64,000 bases of DNA from Bryobacterales bacterium (lineage in GTDB: Bacteria > Acidobacteriota > Terriglobia > Bryobacterales > Bryobacteraceae): NCBI GenBank assembly GCA_947446025.1, contig CANFEY010000008.1, positions 5,946-69,945 of the forward strand. The letters are read 5' to 3'. The notes beneath the pieces were generated by a model, which searched no databases, was not told the origin of the DNA, and was given only the letters and a program-made list of their open reading frames with translations. Each line of letters opens with the position of its first letter. Position 1 is the first letter of the stretch. Positions 27,306 to 35,912 of this stretch are shown here, one piece after another. Made by a program: the position numbers and the translations under genes.

Positions 27306-27497
27306 GCTTGACGCGTCCCCCAGCGCTCTGTTAGCGTGCTGGCTTGAGGGCTACTCTACTGAGTACCACATTCCGGCACGTTTTGCACAGGGCCTCGTGC
27401 GGGGCCTGGGTGCTCCTGTTCCTCCTTGGAACCAGTAATTTACCCGGTCAAAGCTCAGCGCAGTCTTTACCCTCCGCCCCGCCTCCGGAACAGCGCC
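27306..27497 (+). repeat. diverged duplicate of the lptD upstream region plus signal-peptide coding part
   Basis: It aligns with 28644-28821. The motif CTTGACG-N18-TAGCGTGC-N-GGCTTGA is shared, and both copies encode ...LPSAPPPEQR. The copy ends in a stop at 27500-27502. Confidence 0.65.
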
Positions 27498-27498
27498 T

Positions 27499-27606
27499 TT
27501 AGTTCGCCGTGGGCCTCTTGATGCTGTCAACGATCAGAACGTCTACGTCGCCCTTCGTCTCCCGCAACACCAGCCCCAACTGCTCCCGAAGTGCGGCAAG
27601 GTTCAT
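27499..27606 (-). pseudogene. TIGR03435-like gene, 3' terminal fragment
   Basis: Minus-strand translation MNLAALREQLGLVLRETKGDVDVLIVDSIKRPTAN* matches the family C-terminus (compare ...LFTALQEQLGLQLESTRAPGEVLVIDAIERPSEN* at 37760). Confidence 0.6.
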
Positions 27607-27815
27607 CTTGGGCGTAGGTTGCCTTGAGCGGCGCTTCGCTCGGACACACTGATCGCCGGGTACGTGCCCCTATGGTTTTCACCTCTCGAAATCCCTTCTG
27701 CACCAGCGCGCGGGCGAAAAACTCACACCCGCCAAGGTACTGGCCGCTTCGGCAGTCGACGAAGACGGGGCCTTGCTTGTCCATCTCCGAGTCCACCTGC
27801 TGCACAAAGCGTTTC

Positions 27816-28440
27816 TCATCGAAGTATCTCGCTCTGGGGTAGCGGACCTGTACCGCTGGGGAGAAACCGACGATCTCGGCTTTCTCCCCCACATCGTTTC
27901 CCTCCGCAGCAGCTAACCGTGGTTGCTGTTCTTGGGTGAAGAACAGACCAAGCCAGTCTTTTTACCGGTTCGGATTGTTGGGTCGAGTCGGCCGAAAACG
28001 CTCCCATCCAAACCGCCTTCACAACGCCCGCCGAGGAAACTCTCAGGAATGTCGGCAGGAAGTGTATGCCCAGTTCGCCCGCACGGGCGCGGATAACCTG
28101 CTTCCCGGCTGCCTGATAGCGCTCCGCTAGCGGTTCGCCTTCCGGTGCATCGCTAACTAGGTACACCGTTCTGATGTCCTTAGCAGCACCAAACTCCTCA
28201 AGCTCTCCCTCGAATGGCTTCGCCTGTTCAAAAAAAAGGGCATAGCCCATCGGTTGCGATCACAAAGAAGTCGGTGCCGCGCTCTGCTATGCCTTTTGTA
28301 AGCTCCTTACAGATCTGATCCCCTTCAGCGATATCAAAGCTGGCCGAGGCCGAGGAGGGCTGCAGGAGAGCAGATGTGCGCCAATAGAGGAGGAGTAATG
28401 ATGCGCAAACCACGAGGAGCAACCTAATGCTTTTTGCCAT
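27816..28440 (-). pseudogene. thioredoxin-fold-like secreted protein, frameshifted in a T8 run
   Basis: ORFs 28228-28491 and 27816-28250 join if one T of the run at 28230-28237 is removed. The joined sequence reads ...FVIATDGLCPFF|EQAKPFEGEL.... Signal peptide MAKSIRLLLVVCASLLLLYW. It has CPFF where a CxxC would be expected. Confidence 0.5.
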
Positions 28441-28497
28441 GACGCACCGCCCAGCCCAAGTCTCCTTGTCAATGCTCTTACTCACTGACACGAGGAT

Positions 28498-28529
28498 ATT
28501 CTGCCCCCCCCCCCCCAGCCAAATGTCAA
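28498..28529 (-). promoter_or_regulatory. candidate sigma70-type promoter with G13 tract in the spacer
   Basis: The minus strand reads TTGACA-tttggct-G13-CAGAAT. The -35 is at 28524-28529, the -10 at 28498-28503, and the homopolymer at 28504-28516. Confidence 0.45.
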
Positions 28530-28682
28530 GAAGATTTTGTGCGCCGCCTTACGAATTCTTCAGCTTCCGATGAGAGTAGAATTCTTACGCTTAAGCCGTA
28601 CGATATCCGCCTAAAACAGGCTGAGTCGCGTCTTGAGCGAGCAGGCTTGACGTGTCCCCCAAGGCTCTGGTAGCGTGCAGGC

Positions 28683-30971
28683 TTGAAAGGTTTTCCAAGC
28701 ACCACGTTCCGCGCCATATCTATCCGGCTGTCCGCCGTATTTTTCTGCGTTGGAACGATCAGCTTGGCGGCGCTCAGTTCGGGCCAGCCTTTACCCTCCG
28801 CCCCGCCCCCGGAACAGCGCCCCACGCTAGGTCCCCGTGACCTGGTGATCATCGATTCTCCGGGTCCCCAACAAATCGCGGGTGACCTCCAGACCGCCAC
28901 CGGCCGGGTGCGCCTCTACGCCGAGGGCATGTATCTGGAGGCCGACACCGTCACGCGCAACTCCAAGACCGACCACATCACAGCCGAAGGCAGCGTCTTC
29001 TACGAGAGCTTCGACAATGGCCTGAAGATGGCCGGCACGCGCGCCGAATACGACCTCAACACTAAGACCGGGACTTTTTTTGAAGTACGCGGCGAGGCTC
29101 CCGTACACATCGACGCGAAGCCGGGGCTGCTGATCACCACCAATCCGTTTTACTTCAGCGGCGAAAAAGCCGAAGTCATCGTGGGACGTTACCTGCTGCA
29201 CAACGGCTTCGTCACGGACTGCAAGCCGGACGACGTTTGGTGGCGGCTGCGCGCCAAGACGTTCGATATCGTTCCCAATGACCGCGCGATTTCGCGGAAG
29301 TCGGTGATGTATCTGAAGAGTGTTCCGATCTTCTATTTCCCGTGGTTCCGCAAGTCGCTGGAGACGCAGCCGCGCAAGAGCGGCTTCCTCACACCCAACA
29401 TCGGCAACAGTTCGCAGCGCGGCCAGACCGTGGGACTCGGCTACTTCTGGGCCATCAACCGCAGTTACGACGTGACCTATCGCACGCAGTATTACACCAA
29501 GCGGGGCCTCGCGCATCAGGCGGATTTTTCGGGGTGGGTGAATTCGCGGACCACATTTGATGTGTCGCTGTTCGGGATGGGGGGAAATGCGGCGCAGAAA
29601 GCGGAAGGGGGGTATGTACTGTCCGGGGAAGGGAAGTCGGTATTGGGACGCGGCTGGGAAGGGCGCGGGGAGTTGCGGCAGTTGTCATCGCTGGGGTTCC
29701 GCCAGTCCTTCACGCAGTCTTTCACGGAAGGCATCAATTCTTCCACGCAGTCTCTCGGCTTCCTCACCAAGCACTGGCGCGACTACGGAATCAATCTGGT
29801 GGCCCAGCGCAACGTGAACTATCAGAGCGTGACGCCCGGCGATGAAATCGTGGTCCGCAAGCTGCCGGAGGCGGAATTTTTGGTGCGCGAGCACGCGCTG
29901 GGCAAGTGGCCGGTGTGGGTGTCACTCGATTCCAGCTTCGGCATGGAGCGGCGCAGCCAACCGCAGTTCCAGACGCGACAGTTCGTGCAACGTGCCGACA
30001 TCGCGCCGCGCGTGATGAGCGCGTTCCATTGGAAAGGCATCGATGTTTCGCCCAGTTTCCTGCTGCGGGAAACGATCTACGATTCGAGCAAGCGCGACGG
30101 GCGCATCTCCGGCGAGAACCTGGTGCGGTCCGCGCGCGACTTGCGTGTGGAGGTGGCATTGCCTTCGCTGGCACGTGTATTCGCGGCACCCAAGTGGATG
30201 CGCGCCGGCGAGCAAGTGAAACACGTGATCGAGGCTCGGGCGAAATACCGCTATGTGACCGGCATCAACGATTTCCGCCAGACCATCCGCTTCGATGAAC
30301 TGGATCTGATGTCGAACACGCACGAAGTGGAGTATTCGTTGACGAATCGATTGCTGAAGCGCAACGGCTCGGGCGGCGTCGAAGACGTTGTCACCTGGCA
30401 GCTGTGGTACAAGCGCTATTTCGACCCAACGTTCGGCGGGGCCATTGTTCCCGGCCAGCGCAACGTCGTCGAAAGTTCCAACGCGCTCACCGGCTATGCG
30501 TTTCTCAATGGATACCGGCGCCAGTCGCCCATCGTCAGCCAACTTCGTATTCAGAGCCGCGTAGGCATTGAGTGGCGCGGCGATTACGACATCGTCCGCC
30601 ATCGCATCGTGAACAGCACGCTCGGCCTGGATTTGCGGCTAGGCAAGCTCTTCCTGCTCGCGAGTCACAACCATTTGGATACCGATCCAGTGCTGGCCCC
30701 CAAGGCGAATCAGATCCGGGGCCAAGTCCAATACGGCGGCGACAATCAGGTGGGTTGGAGCTACGGCTTCACGTCGGGCTACGACTATCTGAAGGGATCG
30801 CTGCAATACATCTCTTCGCAGATCACCTACAACACAGACTGCTGCGGCTTCAGCGTGCAATACCGCCGCTTCAATTTCAATGTCTTCAACGACAACCAAT
30901 TCCGCGTGGCCTTCGCCATCGCCAACATCGGCAGCTTCGGCACGCTGCGCCGCCAGGAGCGGATTTTCTAG
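28683..30971 (+). CDS. lptD: LPS-assembly protein LptD (OstA-like N-domain plus beta-barrel)
   Basis: 762 aa. OstA-like N-terminal segment (…GRVRLYAEGMYLEADTVTRNSKTDHITAEGSVFYES…) and a long barrel region ending ...FGTLRRQERIF. TTG start. Confidence 0.85.
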   Translation: MKGFPSTTFRAISIRLSAVFFCVGTISLAALSSGQPLPSAPPPEQRPTLGPRDLVIIDSPGPQQIAGDLQTATGRVRLYAEGMYLEADTVTRNSKTDHITAEGSVFYESFDNGLKMAGTRAEYDLNTKTGTFFEVRGEAPVHIDAKPGLLITTNPFYFSGEKAEVIVGRYLLHNGFVTDCKPDDVWWRLRAKTFDIVPNDRAISRKSVMYLKSVPIFYFPWFRKSLETQPRKSGFLTPNIGNSSQRGQTVGLGYFWAINRSYDVTYRTQYYTKRGLAHQADFSGWVNSRTTFDVSLFGMGGNAAQKAEGGYVLSGEGKSVLGRGWEGRGELRQLSSLGFRQSFTQSFTEGINSSTQSLGFLTKHWRDYGINLVAQRNVNYQSVTPGDEIVVRKLPEAEFLVREHALGKWPVWVSLDSSFGMERRSQPQFQTRQFVQRADIAPRVMSAFHWKGIDVSPSFLLRETIYDSSKRDGRISGENLVRSARDLRVEVALPSLARVFAAPKWMRAGEQVKHVIEARAKYRYVTGINDFRQTIRFDELDLMSNTHEVEYSLTNRLLKRNGSGGVEDVVTWQLWYKRYFDPTFGGAIVPGQRNVVESSNALTGYAFLNGYRRQSPIVSQLRIQSRVGIEWRGDYDIVRHRIVNSTLGLDLRLGKLFLLASHNHLDTDPVLAPKANQIRGQVQYGGDNQVGWSYGFTSGYDYLKGSLQYISSQITYNTDCCGFSVQYRRFNFNVFNDNQFRVAFAIANIGSFGTLRRQERIF

Positions 30972-30975
30972 GGCC

Positions 30976-31336
30976 ATGCGCGCTGCTCGCAATTTGCCTG
31001 TGTGCAAGTTTGCGATCCCAGCCATCCCAGTTCGTCACCATCCCATCGGGCGAATTTCAGATGGGCTGCGGACCCCAAGATGGCGAATGTCCGGTCGATA
31101 CCAAACCCGCCCACCACGTCCGCATCACCCAAGCGTTTGAGTTGGCCACTCACGAAGCTACGCAGCAGGAGTGGGAGTCCGTCGAACAGATCACATGGGA
31201 TGAGATTCAGCCGTTCCTGGCGAAGCTCAACGCGCGCAACGACGGCTACCGCTACCGCCTGCCGACTTTAAGCCGAAGGGGGGTACGCAGCACGCGCCGG
31301 CGGACCCCAACAAACCCGACGCAAGTCTTAACCTGA
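30976..31336 (+). pseudogene. SUMF1/formylglycine-generating-enzyme family gene, decayed
   Basis: FVTIPSGEFQMGC...HHVRITQAFELATHEATQQEW...WDEIQPFLAKLNARNDGYRYRLPT are FGE-sulfatase blocks. The ATG at 30976 is out of frame with them. The next block, YAARAGG, is in another frame, and the rest of the domain is absent. Confidence 0.6.
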
Positions 31337-31516
31337 CCGTCAACGGCGGGCCCACCCAAAGACCTCCCCGCGGCGTTCACCTGGAGGGCTTCTTCATTTC
31401 CCTTTCCGATTCACGCACTTGGATAGAGATTGCATACCACCGCGTACCGCCCCGCCCAAGAATAGTCAGAAGGACCATATGCCGGACTCCCTCACCTACG
31501 TCCCGTCACGCTTTTT

Positions 31517-31686
31517 GAAAAACGAACTCGATACGTTTTCGTCCATCTGTTCCATTTGCAGCATTTCGCCCCTACATCCCAACAACCGTCGTACAAAACG
31601 AACCCAATTCCGGGCGGCAAGCGTCACGGGCCCTCACCCCAAATATTGCAAAACGAACCCACGCCTTTTTCATCCATCTGCGCCAT
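31517..31686. repeat. intergenic repeats built on the AAAACGAAC(C/T)C core
   Basis: 31517-31555 and 31648-31686 are ~39-bp direct repeats (gAAAACGAAC.C...TTT..TCCATCTG..CCAT). A partial third copy lies at 31594-31611. Confidence 0.6.
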
Positions 31687-31766
31687 CCAAAGCACTTCCC
31701 GTGGGCCCCGCGTGCTACCATCGCCTAAGTGCCACCACTCGGTGGCGCGTTTCTCTAGAGACAACC

Positions 31767-33296
31767 ATGGCAACTATCGCTTCCTCCCTCGCCCAGGCGA
31801 GCTCCCTTTGGGACCTGCTCTCCGGGCCTCCCGCAGACACCACCGCAATCATTCTTCCCGAGACCGGCACGCGCGTCAGCTACGGCAAGCTCCGCGAACA
31901 GATTCAAGAGATGGCGGATACGCTCGCCGCGCTCGGCATCGCACCCGGCGACCGCGTAGCGACCGTGCTCACCAACGGACTCCCCGCAATCGTGAGCTTC
32001 GTCGCGGCGTCGATGGCGGGCACAGCCGCGCCGCTCAACCCCGGCTACCGGCAAGAGGAAGTGAACTTCTACCTGGAAGACACCTCGGCGAAATTGCTGC
32101 TGGCGCCGGCGGAAGGCATGGACGATGCGCGCAAGGCAGCGGCAGAGCGCGATGTTCCCGTCTACAACTTGGAAATGGACGACACCGGCTACGTGCGCAT
32201 CGCCGGCGCCGCCCGCGGCACGAAGAAGACCGCTGCGCCTGATCCGGAAGCCGTCGCACTTGTGTTGCACACCAGCGGCTCCACGGGACGGCCGAAGCGC
32301 GTGCCGATCAAGCATCGGAATATGGCCGCATCGGCTCGTAACATTGTCGCGACCTACGGCCTTTCCACCGAAGACACCGCGCTGTGTGTGATGCCTCTGT
32401 TCCACGTACACGGCCTGGTGGCCTCCACCATCTCTACGCTTTCCAGCGGCGGCCAGCTCGTGGTCCCGCAGAAGTTCAACGCTCTCTCCTTCTGGCGCAC
32501 GGTGCGTGACAACAACGTCACGTGGTATTCCGCTGTGCCCACGATTCACTCGATGCTGCTTTCGCGCGCGGGCGACACTCGGCCTGAAGGTTCGGAAAGC
32601 CTGCGCTTCATCCGCAGCTGTAGCGCCGCGCTGCCCGCGGACATGATGGCGAAGATGGAATCGGTCTTCGGAGCGCCGGTGCTTGAAGCCTACGGCATGA
32701 CCGAGGCGTCGCACCAAATGGCCTCCAATCCGCTGCTGCCGAAACCTCACAAGGGTTCTTCTGTCGGCCCCGCCACCGGCATTCAAATCGGAATCATGAC
32801 CGACGGCAAGCTGCTCCCGCAGGGCGAGCGCGGCGAAGTCGTCATCAAAGGACCCAACGTGGTCGATGGCTACGAGAACAACCCGGAAGCCAACGCGACC
32901 TCCTACGTCGACGGCTGGTTCCGCACCGGCGATCAGGGCTACCTCGACGAAGAGGGCTACCTCTTCCTCACCGGCCGGCTGAAGGAAATGATCAACCGCG
33001 GCGGCGAGAAGATCGGCCCACGCGAAATCGACGAAGTGCTGCTGCAATGCCCCGGCGTCAACGAAGCGCTCGCGTTCGGCGTGCCGCACAAGAGCTGGGG
33101 TGAAGAAGTCGCCGCCGCTGTGACGTTGAAGGAAGGCGTCACCGTCACTGAAGCCGAGATTCTCGCGTTCTGCAAGGAGCGACTGGCCGACTTCAAACGT
33201 CCCAAGAAAATTTACATCGTCGAGTCCATCCCGCGCACCGCCACCGGCAAGATCGCGCGCGGCAACGTGGCGAAGGCCCTCGCCGGCGGAGAGTAA
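31767..33296 (+). CDS. acyl-CoA synthetase of the AAE3/Pcs60 type (putative oxalate--CoA ligase)
   Basis: LHTSGSTGRPKRVP, PLFHVHGL, AVPTIH, LRFIRSCSA and INRGGEKI blocks follow the plant/yeast oxalyl-CoA synthetase pattern almost block for block. Start at ATG 31767; the upstream part of the ORF reads through repeats. Confidence 0.85.
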   Translation: MATIASSLAQASSLWDLLSGPPADTTAIILPETGTRVSYGKLREQIQEMADTLAALGIAPGDRVATVLTNGLPAIVSFVAASMAGTAAPLNPGYRQEEVNFYLEDTSAKLLLAPAEGMDDARKAAAERDVPVYNLEMDDTGYVRIAGAARGTKKTAAPDPEAVALVLHTSGSTGRPKRVPIKHRNMAASARNIVATYGLSTEDTALCVMPLFHVHGLVASTISTLSSGGQLVVPQKFNALSFWRTVRDNNVTWYSAVPTIHSMLLSRAGDTRPEGSESLRFIRSCSAALPADMMAKMESVFGAPVLEAYGMTEASHQMASNPLLPKPHKGSSVGPATGIQIGIMTDGKLLPQGERGEVVIKGPNVVDGYENNPEANATSYVDGWFRTGDQGYLDEEGYLFLTGRLKEMINRGGEKIGPREIDEVLLQCPGVNEALAFGVPHKSWGEEVAAAVTLKEGVTVTEAEILAFCKERLADFKRPKKIYIVESIPRTATGKIARGNVAKALAGGE

Positions 33297-33297
33297 C

Positions 33298-34257
33298 ATG
33301 AAGTTCCTGATCGCAGGCGCCGGGGCGATCGGCGGATACATCGGAGCCAAGCTCGCACTCGCGGGCGAAGATGTCACGCTCTTCGCCCGCGGTCCGCACC
33401 TCAAGGCGATGCAGGAGCACGGCGTGCGCGTGCTGAGCGAAGAAGGCGGCCATCAAGGCATGTGGGAAGCCCACCCGCGCGTCATCGGTGACCTCACGCA
33501 GGCGGGCGACGCCGACGTGATCATCCTCGGCGTCAAAGCCCACGGCCTCACAGGACTTGCTCCTTCCATTACGCCGCTCATTGGTGCGAACACCACCGTC
33601 CTCAGCACGCAGAACGGAATCCCGTGGTGGTACTTCGAAGACATCCACCTGGAATCCGTGGACCCAGGCCGCGCCATCTCCAACTCCATCCCCGCGAAGT
33701 CCGTGGTCGGCTCACTCGTGTACTTCGCCACTGACCTAGCCGAGCCCGGCGTCATCCGCCACATCGAAGGCAACCGCATCTCGCTCGGCGAACCCGACGG
33801 TTCGCGCTCAGACCGCATCAAGTCCATCGCCGAAGCCTTCATCAAGTCCGGCCTCCGCGCCCCCGTCACCACGCGCCTGCGCAGTGAGATGTTCGTCAAG
33901 CTCCTGGGCAACGCCGCGTTCAATCCGATCAGCGCTCTCACCCGAGCCACACTCGTCAAGATGGCGCAAGACCCACCGGTCCGCGCCCTGGTAGCCGAGA
34001 TCATGACCGAGGTCTCCGCCATCGCCACGCGTCTCGGCATCACGCTCCCCGTCACCATCGATCAACGCATCGCCGGAGCCGAAGCCGTCGGCGAACACAA
34101 GACGTCGATGCTGCAAGACCTCGAACTCGGCCGCCCCATGGAACTGGAGTGCATCGCCGGGGCTCTTGTCGAACTCGGCGACAAGCTCGCCATCCCGACG
34201 CCGAACCTCAAAGCAGTGTATGCTTGCACGAAGCTACTCGGCGCAACGGTGAAGTAA
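33298..34257 (+). CDS. ketopantoate-reductase (PanE/ApbA) family oxidoreductase, possibly oxalyl-CoA reductase
   Basis: MKFLIAGAGAIGGYIGAKLA Rossmann N-terminus and a PanE-like C-domain. Its start is 1 nt after the stop of the synthetase gene. Confidence 0.8.
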   Translation: MKFLIAGAGAIGGYIGAKLALAGEDVTLFARGPHLKAMQEHGVRVLSEEGGHQGMWEAHPRVIGDLTQAGDADVIILGVKAHGLTGLAPSITPLIGANTTVLSTQNGIPWWYFEDIHLESVDPGRAISNSIPAKSVVGSLVYFATDLAEPGVIRHIEGNRISLGEPDGSRSDRIKSIAEAFIKSGLRAPVTTRLRSEMFVKLLGNAAFNPISALTRATLVKMAQDPPVRALVAEIMTEVSAIATRLGITLPVTIDQRIAGAEAVGEHKTSMLQDLELGRPMELECIAGALVELGDKLAIPTPNLKAVYACTKLLGATVK

Positions 34258-34265
34258 AGGTCGGG

Positions 34266-34648
34266 TCAATTCTCCGAAGGTCTCTCGATAGCGTCGATCA
34301 CCAGCACATCGCCCGGCCCGTCGCGTTTGTCCGATTCACACGGGCCGCCCCACTTGATCGGCAAGCAGCCAAACAAAAAGATTCATCGCGATCGCGTCTC
34401 CGACGAACTTTCCAGGAGCGAGTTCGGTGGGACGACCTCCCCCAGTTTCTCGACCGTCCGGAGATCCATCGGGAAAGTCACCGGCCCACAGTGTCTGATC
34501 CGGTGCTGGCTTCATCTTGAGCCCGCCGCGATTCACCACCATGTTGTAGACAGGGATCTCCCTTGTCTCGCGAAGCACCGTTGGTTTGCGGTTGAACGGC
34601 CAGGACGCTGGCTAGCGCACATGCGAACAGCCTGGAAACCTTACCCAT
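34266..34648 (-). pseudogene. TIGR03435-like secreted protein, degraded (two internal deletions, frameshift)
   Basis: Signal peptide MGKVSRLFACALASVLA is joined directly to ...LRETREIPVYNMVVNRGGLKMK...LLADQVGRPV. A stop follows, and ...GDVLVIDAIERPSEN* lies in another frame. It is a close paralog of 36951-37760. Confidence 0.7.
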
Positions 34649-34712
34649 ATGCGGATCATAGCAAACCCTTCCATAACCCACGGTCCACCCAAAGCAGTGT
34701 ATCCTGACACAG

Positions 34713-35912
34713 ATGAACCGCTGGATCCGCCTTGTCGCCGCAGTTGTTGCCATGATTCAAATTGCCAACCTGCAGTACGGGTGGACCCTTTTCACCAAGC
34801 CGCTGATGAAGGCCAACGGCTGGACCGCGGCGGACGTCGGCTGGGGCATCACCATCTTCATTGCGCTTGAGACATGGGCCATGCCGGTGTGCGGCTACCT
34901 GATCGATAAGTACGGCCTGCGCCCGTTGATGACCATCGCCGGTTTCATGTGCGCCGCCGGGTGGGCCGGCATCGGCATGACGCAATCACTGACCGCGATG
35001 TATCTGCTCTACGCCTTCGCCGGGTTCGGCGCGGCCATCGTGTACTGCGGCTCCATCGGCGTCGCGCTCAAGTGGTTTCCGGACCGCCGGGGATTCGCCG
35101 CTGGCATCATCGCCGCTGGCTTCGGGTCGGGCTCGGCGCTGTTCGTCGCCCTGCTGACCAACTGGATCGCAACCTACGGCCACGCGACTACCTTCTTATA
35201 CACGGGCATTCTGCACGGCCTGCTGATCGTCGCCGCTGCGCAGTTCCTCGGCGGCACAGGGATCCCGCTCGCGACCCCTGCTCTCGCCGGCAAAGCAGTG
35301 CTTCGCCGCCAGACTCAGGAATTCACTCCGCCAGAGATGATGCGCAACATCCAGTTCTATTGGCTCTGGGCGATGATGCTGATGATGGGAATCGGCGGCC
35401 TGCTGGCCACCGCGCAAGTTTCGCTAGTCGCGGGTAGCTTCGGAATCAGTGCGCAGATGCTGACGCTTTCGCTCACGCTGAACCCGATCGCCAACGGCAC
35501 CGGTCGCTTCTTCTGGGGGTGGGTCTCCGACAACATCGGCCGTGAGCGCGCCATGCTGATCGCGTTCCTCATTCAGTCTGCATCGTTGGCTAGCGTGGTG
35601 ACATTCGGCGCGACCTCGCCGCTGCTGTTCGTCATTTCCATGGCGATGGTCTTCTTCACGTGGGGCGAAATTTACGCGCTGTTCCCGTCCGCGCTGGCCG
35701 ACTTCTTCGGCGGCAAGAACGCCAGTGCTAACTACGGCTTCCTCTATCCCACGAAGGGAGTCGCCGCCATCGTCGGCGGAGGCCTGGCCGCGCAACTCTT
35801 CCAGTCCAGTGGCTCGTGGGGCCCTGCCTTCTACGGAAGCGCAGTGCTCGCGTTGGTCTCGGCGGGCATGGCACTCGGCTTGATGAAGATGCCGTTGCCC
35901 AGCAAGCGCTAG
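34713..35912 (+). CDS. MFS transporter, oxalate/formate antiporter (OFA) family
   Basis: 399 aa, 12 TM. The N-terminus MNRWIRLVAAVVAMIQIANLQYGWTLFTKPL is typical of OFA/OxlT-like carriers. Confidence 0.8.
   Translation: MNRWIRLVAAVVAMIQIANLQYGWTLFTKPLMKANGWTAADVGWGITIFIALETWAMPVCGYLIDKYGLRPLMTIAGFMCAAGWAGIGMTQSLTAMYLLYAFAGFGAAIVYCGSIGVALKWFPDRRGFAAGIIAAGFGSGSALFVALLTNWIATYGHATTFLYTGILHGLLIVAAAQFLGGTGIPLATPALAGKAVLRRQTQEFTPPEMMRNIQFYWLWAMMLMMGIGGLLATAQVSLVAGSFGISAQMLTLSLTLNPIANGTGRFFWGWVSDNIGRERAMLIAFLIQSASLASVVTFGATSPLLFVISMAMVFFTWGEIYALFPSALADFFGGKNASANYGFLYPTKGVAAIVGGGLAAQLFQSSGSWGPAFYGSAVLALVSAGMALGLMKMPLPSKR

Noticed and set aside
27527-27892. 121-aa minus-strand ORF with a faint rhodanese-like stretch (VFVDCRSGQY...)
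   Set aside because: Its 3' third reads out of frame through the TIGR03435-like fragment, and the similarity is too weak. It is probably more debris of the decayed segment, so it is not listed as a gene.
28526-28900. 124-aa minus-strand ORF across the lptD start
   Set aside because: It overlaps the lptD promoter and signal peptide on the opposite strand and has no supporting features.
31755-33404. 549-aa minus-strand ORF over the acyl-CoA synthetase and panE-like genes
   Set aside because: It spans two well-supported plus-strand genes, is Arg/Gly/Ala-rich, and has no domain pattern.
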